A stretch of 48,831 nucleotides of DNA from an uncultured Methanosarcinales archaeon (GTDB lineage: Archaea; Nanobdellota; Nanobdellia; Woesearchaeales; UBA583). The notes beneath the pieces are model-generated. The model was not told where the DNA came from, ran no database searches, and saw only the letters and a program-made list of their open reading frames with translations. The first letter of the stretch is position 1. The number at the start of each line of letters is the position of its first letter. Positions 7,866 to 16,645 of the stretch are shown here, piece by piece. The stretch covers positions 1-48,831 of the forward strand of contig CAZLRR010000003.1 of the NCBI GenBank assembly GCA_964562045.1, written 5' to 3'. A program made the translations under genes and the position numbers.

Positions 7866-9034
7866 TTTACTTCGACAATGGTGCAACAACAAAAATTGCT
7901 CCTGAAGTATTAAAAGAAATGCAACCATATCTCACATCAAAATATGCAAATGCATCCAGCCAATACTCTCTTGCAGAACAAAGCGCACAAGCAATAAAAA
8001 AATCAAGAGAAAAAATTGCAAAATCAATTCATGCTAAACCCGAAGAAATAATCTTCACATCAGGAGGAACCGAAAGCAACAATTTCGCACTCAAAGGTTT
8101 ATGGTTCAAACAGCAAGAATCAAAAACAGAAAAAAACCACATAATCACAACAAAAATTGAGCACGATAGCATATTAAATGTCTGCAAATGGCTAGAAACA
8201 CAAGGCGCAAAAATAACATACCTTAATGTAGACAAACACGGATTTATAAATAGCGAAGACATAAAAAATGCAATAACTCCTAAAACTTTCCTTGTCTCAA
8301 TCATTCACGCAAACAACGAAATTGGAACAATACAAGATATGGAAAAAATAGGACAAATTTGCAAAGAAAAAAATATATTATTTCACACAGATGCCTGTCA
8401 AAGTTTCACAAAAACATACCTAGATGTCAAAGAAATGAACCTTGATTTAGTATCATTAAACGCACACAAAATCCACGGACCAAAAGGAATTGGTGCACTC
8501 TACATAAAAAAAGGAACACAAATAACGCCACTCCAACACGGAGGAGGACACGAATTCAAATTAAGAAGTGGAACCGAAAACGTTCCCGCAATAACTGGCT
8601 TTGGAAAAGCAACAGAAATCATCTCAGAAAAAGATATTGAAAACATAGAAAAACTCCAGAAATATCTGATAAACGAACTTCTTAAAATACCAAAAGTCGA
8701 ACTCAACGGACCTCCACTTGGAGAACATAGACTCTGCAATAACATTAATGTAACATTCACAAACATAGAAGGAGAATCAATTTTATACCTTCTTGAAATG
8801 GGGGGAATCTGCACCTCAACAGGTTCAGCCTGCATGTCAAACACCTTAGAACCAAGTCATGTATTAAACGCTATTGGAATAAGCCATTTGAAATCAAACG
8901 CCTCACTTAGAATTACAATAAGCAAATACACAACAAAAGAAGAAATAGATGAATTTCTACAAGTAATCCCCGGTATAGTTCAAAAATTAAGAGCAATGAG
9001 TCCAATAACACAAAAAGAAGAGGAAGAAAACTAA
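7853..9034 (+). CDS. iscS: Cysteine desulfurase (NifS/IscS type)
   Basis: Motifs IYFDNGATT, SLNAHKIHGPKG (PLP Lys) and TSTGSACMS (catalytic Cys loop). GGAGGT lies 4 nt upstream of ATG 7853. Confidence 0.9.
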   Translation: MQKIIYFDNGATTKIAPEVLKEMQPYLTSKYANASSQYSLAEQSAQAIKKSREKIAKSIHAKPEEIIFTSGGTESNNFALKGLWFKQQESKTEKNHIITTKIEHDSILNVCKWLETQGAKITYLNVDKHGFINSEDIKNAITPKTFLVSIIHANNEIGTIQDMEKIGQICKEKNILFHTDACQSFTKTYLDVKEMNLDLVSLNAHKIHGPKGIGALYIKKGTQITPLQHGGGHEFKLRSGTENVPAITGFGKATEIISEKDIENIEKLQKYLINELLKIPKVELNGPPLGEHRLCNNINVTFTNIEGESILYLLEMGGICTSTGSACMSNTLEPSHVLNAIGISHLKSNASLRITISKYTTKEEIDEFLQVIPGIVQKLRAMSPITQKEEEEN

Positions 9035-9035
9035 A

Positions 9036-9434
9036 ATGGAATACAACAAATACTCAAAAATTGTAATGGAAAACTTCATGAACCCGCAAAATATCGGCGT
9101 ACTAAAAACTCCTGACGGAACAGGAAAGGTCGGAAATCCCAGATGTGGAGACATAATGCAAGTTCAAATAGAAGTTGAAAAAAACAACGAAGGAAAAGAA
9201 ATAATCAAAGACATAAAATTTCAAACTTTCGGATGCGCTGCCGCAATAGCCACAAGTTCAATGATAACCCAACTTGCAAAAGGAAAAACTTTAGAAGAAG
9301 CAAAAAACATCACAAACCTCGATGTTGCAAAATCTCTTAAAGGTCTTCCTCCAATAAAAATGCACTGCTCAAATTTAGCAGATAAAGCTCTCAAAAAAGC
9401 AATAGAAGATTACGAAACAAAAAATAGTAATTGA
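9036..9434 (+). CDS. iscU: Fe-S cluster scaffold IscU/NifU N-domain
   Basis: GNPRCGD, FQTFGCAAAIATSS and MHCSNLA supply the three conserved Cys. Confidence 0.9.
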   Translation: MEYNKYSKIVMENFMNPQNIGVLKTPDGTGKVGNPRCGDIMQVQIEVEKNNEGKEIIKDIKFQTFGCAAAIATSSMITQLAKGKTLEEAKNITNLDVAKSLKGLPPIKMHCSNLADKALKKAIEDYETKNSN

Positions 9435-9550
9435 TTAGGTTCAAAAAGAAATTTGGATTTTAATTCTATCTTTGGTTGCAAAAACGAAGTTTTTGGAAAG
9501 GTTTGGGGACAGAATGTAAAATTAAAACCAAATTTCTACAAAACCTAATC
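9433..9550. repeat. 118-nt element closed by an interrupted 9+9-bp inverted repeat with an internal perfect hairpin (MITE-like or structured RNA)
   Basis: GATTAGGTT (9433-9441) pairs with AACCTAATC (9542-9550). GAAATTTGG (9448-9456) pairs with CCAAATTTC (9528-9536). The internal hairpin is CAAAAAC-GAA-GTTTTTG (9479-9495). Confidence 0.5.
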
Positions 9551-9628
9551 AATTACAAAAATAATAAAATCTCAACAAAAAAGTAAATACAAACAAATAT
9601 AAAACAAAACAAATAAAATAAATTAAAA

Positions 9629-10081
9629 ATGAAAAGAACAAAAGAAATACCAAATAAAACAAACTGGACATTTTGGATAGTTTCAATACTAGTTGTAGCA
9701 GGACTAATTTTTCTAGCATCAACTCAAAAAGAAGAAAATAAAATAACAATTTTAAAAAACACAGCACAAACTACTGGAGAAAATCCAACAGTTCTAACTT
9801 TCTTCTACCTAGATAATTGTCCACATTGCCATGTCGAAATTGACTTCTTAGTAGAAGAAATAATTCCAAATTATCCAAATGTTAAAATTGAACCTTACGA
9901 AATCTCTACACCCGAAGGTAGAGCAGCATATCTAAAAGCAGCACAAAACAATCCAAAACTTGACCCAAATAGACCAGCAACACCAGTTACAATTGTTGGA
10001 GATGAGACAATAATCGGATTTGGGGGCTCTCAAACAACAGGAATAAAAATAATTGAAATGATAGAAAACGCTCAAAACTAA
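9629..10081 (+). CDS. Membrane-anchored thioredoxin-fold protein (CPHC active site)
   Basis: N-terminal TM helix (WTFWIVSILVVAGLIFLA) and FFYLDNCPHCH. Confidence 0.6.
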   Translation: MKRTKEIPNKTNWTFWIVSILVVAGLIFLASTQKEENKITILKNTAQTTGENPTVLTFFYLDNCPHCHVEIDFLVEEIIPNYPNVKIEPYEISTPEGRAAYLKAAQNNPKLDPNRPATPVTIVGDETIIGFGGSQTTGIKIIEMIENAQN

Positions 10082-10088
10082 ACAGAAA

Positions 10089-10940
10089 ATGGAAGACACA
10101 AATCAAAATCCAAAACCCAACAAACCTTTCTACAAAAGAAAAAGATTTTATTTAATAATTATTCTTCTTATATTCTTAGCTCTAGGAATTTTCTACGCAA
10201 AAAGTTTTCAGGAAACTCTTGAAGATCCAGAAAAAATTAAAACCTCCTCACTTCTTTTTGCATCAGCAGTCCTAGGATTTTTAGATGGATTCAACCCTTG
10301 CGCAATGTGGGTTTTGATTTATCTAATAACACTAGTTTCAACGCTTAAAGACAAAAAAAAATTGTACGTTATTGTTGGAACTTTTGTAATAACTGAAGCA
10401 ATTATGTATTTCTTTGTACTTGCGGGATGGTTGACACTATTTAACTTCATTGGATTTTCAAGATATTTAATGTTTGGAATTGGGGCATTTGCAATACTCT
10501 TTGGTCTCAAAAGCCTTCAAGATTTCATAAAACAAAAAGGCCAAATGGTATGTAAAGTAACAGATTTCAAAAAAAGACAAGAAACAATGTCAAGAATGCA
10601 AAAATTAGTTCATTCCCCTCTAACTTGGGTAACAATACTTGGTATAATTGCTCTAGCAGTAACAGTTAATTCCTTTGAATTTGCATGTTCATGGCAACTA
10701 GTTTCAGTCTTTACACAAATGCTCTCAGTAGCAGACATCTCAACGGCATCAAAATACTTTTACATTCTAGTTTATGACTTCTTTTTCATGCTAGATGATT
10801 TCATAATATTTGCTCTTGCAGCAATGGCAATAGACACACCAATAATGGATAAATATGCAGGTCTTTCAAAACTTTTAGGAGGAATTATAATGATTGCTCT
10901 TGGAATAATATTACTTTTCTTCCCAAATCTATTAATCTAA
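10089..10940 (+). CDS. Polytopic membrane protein, CcdA/DsbD-like thiol-disulfide transporter
   Basis: GFLDGFNPCAMWVL sits in the first TM region and a second membrane Cys occurs in FEFACSW. It is adjacent to the thioredoxin-like gene. Confidence 0.45.
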   Translation: MEDTNQNPKPNKPFYKRKRFYLIIILLIFLALGIFYAKSFQETLEDPEKIKTSSLLFASAVLGFLDGFNPCAMWVLIYLITLVSTLKDKKKLYVIVGTFVITEAIMYFFVLAGWLTLFNFIGFSRYLMFGIGAFAILFGLKSLQDFIKQKGQMVCKVTDFKKRQETMSRMQKLVHSPLTWVTILGIIALAVTVNSFEFACSWQLVSVFTQMLSVADISTASKYFYILVYDFFFMLDDFIIFALAAMAIDTPIMDKYAGLSKLLGGIIMIALGIILLFFPNLLI

Positions 10941-11869
10941 TTTTCTGTATTTTCCATAGGAGATTTATCTAAAGCAACATTTCTATAAAAATCAACAATC
11001 CTATCTCTTAAGGAAGAACTAAACTCTGGACCCAAACCATAATAATTTCTAGCCAAAAAAATCTGAGAGTCTACATGTTTATCAAAATCTCCACCTAATC
11101 TTCCCATTGCCCAAGAATTAATTGGGAAACAGTCTCTCATTTCACCAATTTGTCCTGAAACTTCGTTTGCTACACCAACTTCATTGTCATAATCAGAAGT
11201 GGAAATTGGAATCCCAAAATGTAATCTAACCTCTCCTTTATTTCCAAAAAAACCTCTCTTCATATGATAAGTATCTTCTCCTTGTATTTTAATCCTTTCA
11301 CTCCCCCCAGATTTTGCTCTTTCTTCAAGCAAACTTTGAGCTGCCATCAAACCAACCGTAGGTTCAAATTCATAAGAAACTCTTGTAGGAACAATAACTC
11401 TTGAGCTTTTCATTCTATTTGTTAAACCTTTAATTATTGAAGGATCAGTTTTCGAAATTCCATCTTTCGCTCTCCCCGGAGATTGAGCAATCCAAATATT
11501 TCTTCCTGAATCTAAAGTCTCTCGTATTCGTTTATAACTTCTTGCAATTTCTATACCCGTTCTACCAAAAACAATTGCTCCCGCAGAATTTAAAACTCTT
11601 TTAGCATCAGGATGTTCATATAAATTATTTCCAATAACAAAAACTGGAATTGAACCTAAACCATATCTATCAAATACTGAATATCCTGTCAAAGCACCAT
11701 CAAACACAATATTTTGATGATTTGTCATAAAAACTATGCCTTGCTCTTGTTCCATTACTTCTTCAAGACCTGACTTATCTCTAAAACCAAAACTAAATTT
11801 ATCTCCAACAACCCTATCAATTATTCTTTTCCACTCCCCAATAATTTTATTTGAAACTGACATATTCAT
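10937..11869 (-). CDS. GPAT/LPLAT-superfamily acyltransferase (PlsB/PlsC-like)
   Basis: Motifs TNHQNIVFD (block I-like, one extra residue between H and D), GAIVFGR (II), SPGRAKDG (III, cf. PlsB EGGRSRTG) and IVPTRVSYE (IV). Confidence 0.55.
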   Translation of the reverse strand: MNMSVSNKIIGEWKRIIDRVVGDKFSFGFRDKSGLEEVMEQEQGIVFMTNHQNIVFDGALTGYSVFDRYGLGSIPVFVIGNNLYEHPDAKRVLNSAGAIVFGRTGIEIARSYKRIRETLDSGRNIWIAQSPGRAKDGISKTDPSIIKGLTNRMKSSRVIVPTRVSYEFEPTVGLMAAQSLLEERAKSGGSERIKIQGEDTYHMKRGFFGNKGEVRLHFGIPISTSDYDNEVGVANEVSGQIGEMRDCFPINSWAMGRLGGDFDKHVDSQIFLARNYYGLGPEFSSSLRDRIVDFYRNVALDKSPMENTEN

Positions 11870-11931
11870 AAATTCAAGAATTGATAATATATTAAAAACT
11901 TTTTTAAATAAACTTGTTTTGTTAATTTTAA

Positions 11932-12357
11932 ATGGATGGACTGGAAATAGCAGTTGAAGGAAAAATTCGTAAACCTAATAACACAGAAAATTTTAGATTC
12001 TTAGTTGGAATTCTTGGAACTCAAGACGAAAAATTAAGATTAGATGGAAATTATTCTTACATAAAAAATTTATTAAGAGATTACTATGAAGAAAACTGGC
12101 AAGTCTCAGGAGAAGACTTCGACCAATATTTAGCATGTAAAGAACATAGTGGAAGTTTTACCAGAGAACCTTTTTGCTTCGGGAATCTTCAAGACCCCGA
12201 AAACTTATTCCCCTATGATTTTCAACGTCACTGGCTTTTTAATAGAAAAGGTAACTGGATTTATCAATTATCAGATAAACAAACTCAAATTACTCATAAT
12301 GGAACAATTTATGTCCCAAAAACTTCAATTCCCAGAGCAATAAGAAAAGCAGCATAA
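11932..12357 (+). CDS. Hypothetical protein
   Basis: 141-aa ORF with an ATG start and no recognised motif. Confidence 0.5.
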   Translation: MDGLEIAVEGKIRKPNNTENFRFLVGILGTQDEKLRLDGNYSYIKNLLRDYYEENWQVSGEDFDQYLACKEHSGSFTREPFCFGNLQDPENLFPYDFQRHWLFNRKGNWIYQLSDKQTQITHNGTIYVPKTSIPRAIRKAA

Positions 12358-12396
12358 TAACAAAAATCTTATAAAATATCAATTTTATTAATTCTT

Positions 12397-13434
12397 ATGA
12401 AAAACTATGTTATAGAAAAACAAGTAAAATCCCCAGAAGAAATTATTAAAGAATTACCTCTCTCAAAAGAATTAGAACAGAAAATAAAAAAAGATATTCA
12501 AGAAATAAAAAAAATCATTGATGGAAAAGATGATAGGAAAATTTTAATTATTGGACCTTGTAGTGCATGGCCAGATTCGGCAGTTATTGAATATGCTAAA
12601 AAACTTAAAAAAATTGAAGAAAAAGTTTCAAACAAAATCAAGATAATTATGAGAATTTATACACAAAAACCTAGAACAAATCTTGGTTGGACTGGACCCG
12701 CAAATCAACCAGACCCAGTAAAACCTGCCAATATTGAGAAAGGAATAATTTATTGTCGTAAGATGATGCTTGAAGTTTTAAAAATCGGACTTCCTATTGC
12801 TGATGAAGCACTTTTCACTCACAATGAAGGATATTTTCAAGACATTCTTTGTTGGCAAGCAATCGGTGCAAGATCAACAGAAGATCAAGAACACAGAATT
12901 TACGCCTCAATGCAAAATGTCCCAGTCGGAATAAAAAACCCAACTTCTGGAGATATGAAAATTGCAATCAACTCCATAGTTGCTGCAAAAAATCCACATA
13001 CTTTTCTTCTAAATGGAAAACAAATTAGAACTTTGGGCAATCCTCACGCCCATTTAGTTTTAAGAGGAGGAGCAGGAAAATCAAATATTATGCACAACGA
13101 TTTAATAGAAACAATTTCAAAATTAAAAGAAATAAACTCAAACTCAATAATCATAGACTTATCTCACGATAATTCAATAGACCCCGCAACATGTAAAAAA
13201 GACCCGCTATTTCAACCTCAAGCACTCGAAGGAGTTTTACATAACATGAAACTCGAACCTGAAATTAAAAAACATGTAGTAGGTTTTATGGTTGAGAGTT
13301 TTATCAAAACTGGAAGACAAGACATTTCAGACCAGATGGATTTAGAAGGTCTCTCAATTACTGATGCTTGTATTGGGTGGGAGAAGACTCAGGCTTTGAT
13401 TTTTGAACTATTTTCTGCGCTTCAAACTGTTTAG
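12397..13434 (+). CDS. aroG: 3-deoxy-7-phosphoheptulonate (DAHP) synthase, class I (bacterial AroF/G/H type)
   Basis: Motifs IIGPCS, YTQKPRTNLGWTGP (cf. KPRT..GWKG) and LSITDACIGWE. Confidence 0.85.
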   Translation: MKNYVIEKQVKSPEEIIKELPLSKELEQKIKKDIQEIKKIIDGKDDRKILIIGPCSAWPDSAVIEYAKKLKKIEEKVSNKIKIIMRIYTQKPRTNLGWTGPANQPDPVKPANIEKGIIYCRKMMLEVLKIGLPIADEALFTHNEGYFQDILCWQAIGARSTEDQEHRIYASMQNVPVGIKNPTSGDMKIAINSIVAAKNPHTFLLNGKQIRTLGNPHAHLVLRGGAGKSNIMHNDLIETISKLKEINSNSIIIDLSHDNSIDPATCKKDPLFQPQALEGVLHNMKLEPEIKKHVVGFMVESFIKTGRQDISDQMDLEGLSITDACIGWEKTQALIFELFSALQTV

Positions 13435-14041
13435 ATTGCTCATAATTTAAAACATGTTTTCTAGGCATTTTTTCCACAATACCTATATACTTCAAATATG
13501 TCTCATTAACATCCCTTCCTCTCTCATCTTTACTTAATTCATACTTCTGAATAACTTCTTCTCCACCAATTTCAACTTTTCGATATAAAACTGATTCATA
13601 AACACCACCTGAATTCTCTTCTGAAACAAACATATAACTTTCATCTGGCACCCGAATAGACTTTCTCTGATACAAAGTTAGTTCACTCGTAATTCCATAA
13701 ACCAGCCCCCCAACAATCCCAATAATAGCCAAATTCTCCCAGTCAAAAACCATTCCAACCAAAGTTTCCTTTCTTTTTCTTCTTGCTTCTTCTTTTCTAA
13801 GTTTTGCCTCTAATAGCTCCCTTTCCTTAGCCTCTCTCTCCTCGGCAAGTTTTCTTTCCCTTTCTTCAATTTCTCTTTTCCTTGCTTGAGCCTTTCTTTC
13901 CATCTCTTCTTTATTCTTTCTTACCTTCTCCTCGTACTCCCTTTTTTTTCTTTGATGTTCTAAAAATCTTTCTCTTTTTCGATTCATATTTCTAAATTCT
14001 TCATCTTTCTTCCTTCTTGTTCTTGTAGTATCAAAATCCAT
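13358..14041 (-). CDS. Hypothetical single-pass membrane protein with an Arg/Lys/Glu-rich N-terminal coiled coil
   Basis: 227 aa with a TM helix (LAIIGIVGGLVYGI). The 3' end overlaps aroG by 77 nt, convergently. Confidence 0.55.
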   Translation of the reverse strand: MDFDTTRTRRKKDEEFRNMNRKRERFLEHQRKKREYEEKVRKNKEEMERKAQARKREIEERERKLAEEREAKERELLEAKLRKEEARRKRKETLVGMVFDWENLAIIGIVGGLVYGITSELTLYQRKSIRVPDESYMFVSEENSGGVYESVLYRKVEIGGEEVIQKYELSKDERGRDVNETYLKYIGIVEKMPRKHVLNYEQSKQFEAQKIVQKSKPESSPTQYKHQ

Positions 14042-14540
14042 TTTTATTTTCCTCGCCTTTTTTTACTATCGACAATTCCCCGCTTTGTTTATCCTCAGCA
14101 AAATGGTAAATCTGGCCAAGATAATTTATACCAATAAGATTATCATTTTTAACTACAGGCACCAGATATTGATAGGTAAGAGAATTTGAAAAAGTATTTC
14201 TTGGAGAAACTTTTGGAACATAATTAATATCTTGTGAATTTTTATACGCCAAAATCAAATAAAATGTTGTAAGTGCTGAAATGGCAATGAGATTAACAGT
14301 TCTCTTAAAATTCAAAAATGATGGAGGGTTATAAAGTTCAGTAACTTTTGAAGAAATTGCTCTCAAAACCTGAGATCTTCGAGGATTATCTCTACCTATA
14401 GCTCTTGTACCACTTTGAACTTTTTCTATAACGCCAGTTAGACTCTCATCAAGTTTTCCTTTTTCAATTGAATTAAAAAGATCTTCAATATCCTCTTGAG
14501 TAATTATTCCTTCCAAACCTATCTCTGTATCATAGCCCAT
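14031..14540 (-). CDS. Hypothetical single-pass membrane protein
   Basis: 169 aa with a TM helix (LIAISALTTFYLILA). It overlaps the downstream ORF by 11 nt (operon). Confidence 0.55.
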   Translation of the reverse strand: MGYDTEIGLEGIITQEDIEDLFNSIEKGKLDESLTGVIEKVQSGTRAIGRDNPRRSQVLRAISSKVTELYNPPSFLNFKRTVNLIAISALTTFYLILAYKNSQDINYVPKVSPRNTFSNSLTYQYLVPVVKNDNLIGINYLGQIYHFAEDKQSGELSIVKKGEENKNGF

Positions 14541-14659
14541 TTTTTCCAGATAAATATATAGTAATTTAATATATATAAATCCCCCAAGTCAAAAGTTTGT
14601 GAATCTGTTAAAAATTTCCAGAGATTTTATACAAGATGACAAAATCAGAAAAAAATAAA

Positions 14660-14690
14660 TTCTACTCAGTTCATACCTCAGTTTTATAAA
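14660..14690 (+). promoter_or_regulatory. Upstream element TTCTACTCAGTTCAT + 5 nt + AGTTTTATAAA (uvrB promoter)
   Basis: The 15-mer is at 14660-14674 and the BRE/TATA block at 14680-14690, followed by a 21-nt spacer to ATG 14712. Confidence 0.7.
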
Positions 14691-14711
14691 TTCATAGTTC
14701 TTAAAAATATT

Positions 14712-16634
14712 ATGAAATTCAATCTTAAGTCTGAATATAAACCTGCGGGAGGGCAACCAGATGCAATAAAAGAAATTGTAGAAGGTTTCAAAAAAGGAAA
14801 AACTCATCAGACTCTAAGAGGAATTACTGGAAGTGGAAAAGGTTTTGTTATGGGGCAAACAATTTCTAAACTAAATAAACCAACATTAATTCTAGCACAC
14901 AATAAACTACTCGCAGCACAATTATATCAAGAAATGAAATCTCTGTTTCCAAACAATAGGGTTGAATATTTTATTTCATATTATGACTATTATCAGCCCG
15001 AAAGTTATGTTCCAACAACTGACACTTACATTGAAAAAGAAGCTACAATAAACCAAGAAATTGAAAAAATGAGACTGCGTACATTTTCCTCTCTTTTAAC
15101 TAGAAGTGATACAATTATTGTTGCATCAATTTCATGTATTTATGGTGCGGGAAATCCTGAAGACTATGAAAAACTCTCCGCAGAATTTGTTCTAGGAAAA
15201 TCTTATTCACGTTCTCAAATAATGCTAGATTTAGTTAATATGATGTATGAGAGAAATGACACAGCACTTGAAGAAGGAAGATTTAGAGTTAGAGGAGATA
15301 CTATTGATATAATTCCAGCGTATGAAAAAAACATTTACAGAATTGAACTTTTCGGAGATGAAATTGAAACAATTACTGAAATAGATACAGTTACTGGAGA
15401 TAAAATTTCAAGTCTTGATAAAATTAGAATTTTCCCCGCAAAACAATTTGTAGTGCCACAAGAAAAACAAGAAAGAGCAATCGAGATGATTAAAGCAGAA
15501 CTTGAAGAAAGAGTAAAAGAGTTAGGAGTACTTGAGGCTGCTCGGCTTAAACAAAAAGTTAAATACGATTTAGAAATGATTGAAGAAATGGGATATTGCA
15601 CAGGAATTGAAAACTATTCCAGATATTTCGATGGCAGAAAAGAAGGTCAGCCACCTTTTGTTTTACTGGATTATTTTCCAAAGGATTTTTTGTTAATTAT
15701 TGATGAATCTCATCAAACACTACCTCAATCAAGAGCAATGTATAACGGAGATAGAAGTAGAAAAGAGAATTTAGTTAATTTTGGTTTTAGACTACCCTCA
15801 GCATTTGATAATCGTCCATTAAAATTTAACGAGTTTGAGAACTATTTTAAAAATGTTTTATTTGTTAGTGCAACTCCAGGAGATTATGAAATTGAGCATT
15901 CAGATTTTGTTACTGATTTAATAATTCGTCCAACGGGATTACTTGACCCGGAAATCGAAATCAGAAGTAGTGAAGGACAAGTTAAAGATTTGATTTCTGA
16001 AATTAGAAAAGTTGTGGATATTGGAGATAGAATTCTAGTTACAACACTCACAAAAAGAATGGCAGAGGATTTAACTTCTTATCTTGCAAAAGCCAAAATT
16101 AAAGTTAGATATATGCACTCAGATATTGATAGTTTAGATAGGATTGAATTAGTTCGAGATTTAAGGGAAGGGAAATTTGATGTTCTGGTTGGAATAAATT
16201 TACTTCGTGAAGGTTTAGATATTCCAGAGGTGAGTCTTGTTGCAATTCTTGATGCAGACAAAGAAGGTTTCTTGCGTGATGAGAGAAGTCTTATTCAAAC
16301 TATTGGAAGAGCCGCTAGAAACGAAAATGGTAGAGTTATTATGTATGCCGATTATATGACTAAATCTATTGAAAATGCTGTAAAAATTACTCGTGAGAGA
16401 AGAAAAGCTCAAGAAGAATTTAACAAGAAGCATGGAATTATTCCTAGAACTATAAGTAAGAAAATTGCTGAGAAGAAAAGAGAAGTTAAAGGAACTAAAC
16501 ATATTGCAAAAGTCGATTTAGAAAAAGAAGTTATCGAACTTGAAGCTGAAATGCGAAAGGCTGCTGACGGACTTGATTTCGAAAGAGCAATTTCTCTTCG
16601 AGATAAAATTGAAGAGATGAAAAGAAGTTTGTGA
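14712..16634 (+). CDS. uvrB: Excinuclease ABC subunit B
   Basis: 640 aa. Motifs GITGSGKGF (Walker A), YYDYYQPE and IIDESHQT, plus a C-terminal UVR domain (LDFERAISLRDKIEEMK). Confidence 0.95.
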   Translation: MKFNLKSEYKPAGGQPDAIKEIVEGFKKGKTHQTLRGITGSGKGFVMGQTISKLNKPTLILAHNKLLAAQLYQEMKSLFPNNRVEYFISYYDYYQPESYVPTTDTYIEKEATINQEIEKMRLRTFSSLLTRSDTIIVASISCIYGAGNPEDYEKLSAEFVLGKSYSRSQIMLDLVNMMYERNDTALEEGRFRVRGDTIDIIPAYEKNIYRIELFGDEIETITEIDTVTGDKISSLDKIRIFPAKQFVVPQEKQERAIEMIKAELEERVKELGVLEAARLKQKVKYDLEMIEEMGYCTGIENYSRYFDGRKEGQPPFVLLDYFPKDFLLIIDESHQTLPQSRAMYNGDRSRKENLVNFGFRLPSAFDNRPLKFNEFENYFKNVLFVSATPGDYEIEHSDFVTDLIIRPTGLLDPEIEIRSSEGQVKDLISEIRKVVDIGDRILVTTLTKRMAEDLTSYLAKAKIKVRYMHSDIDSLDRIELVRDLREGKFDVLVGINLLREGLDIPEVSLVAILDADKEGFLRDERSLIQTIGRAARNENGRVIMYADYMTKSIENAVKITRERRKAQEEFNKKHGIIPRTISKKIAEKKREVKGTKHIAKVDLEKEVIELEAEMRKAADGLDFERAISLRDKIEEMKRSL

Positions 16635-16645
16635 AACTATTTTCT

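Noticed and set aside
11736-12343. ORFs 11736-11957(+) and 12149-12343(+)
   Set aside because: The first is antisense to the acyltransferase 5' end and spans its promoter. The second is an alternate frame inside 11932-12357.
15136-15155. Partial similarity of CRISPR spacer 7 (437-473) to uvrB (TGCGGGAAAT.CTG)
   Set aside because: Only about 13 of 14 contiguous positions match in a 37-nt spacer. That is far too short to count as self-targeting.
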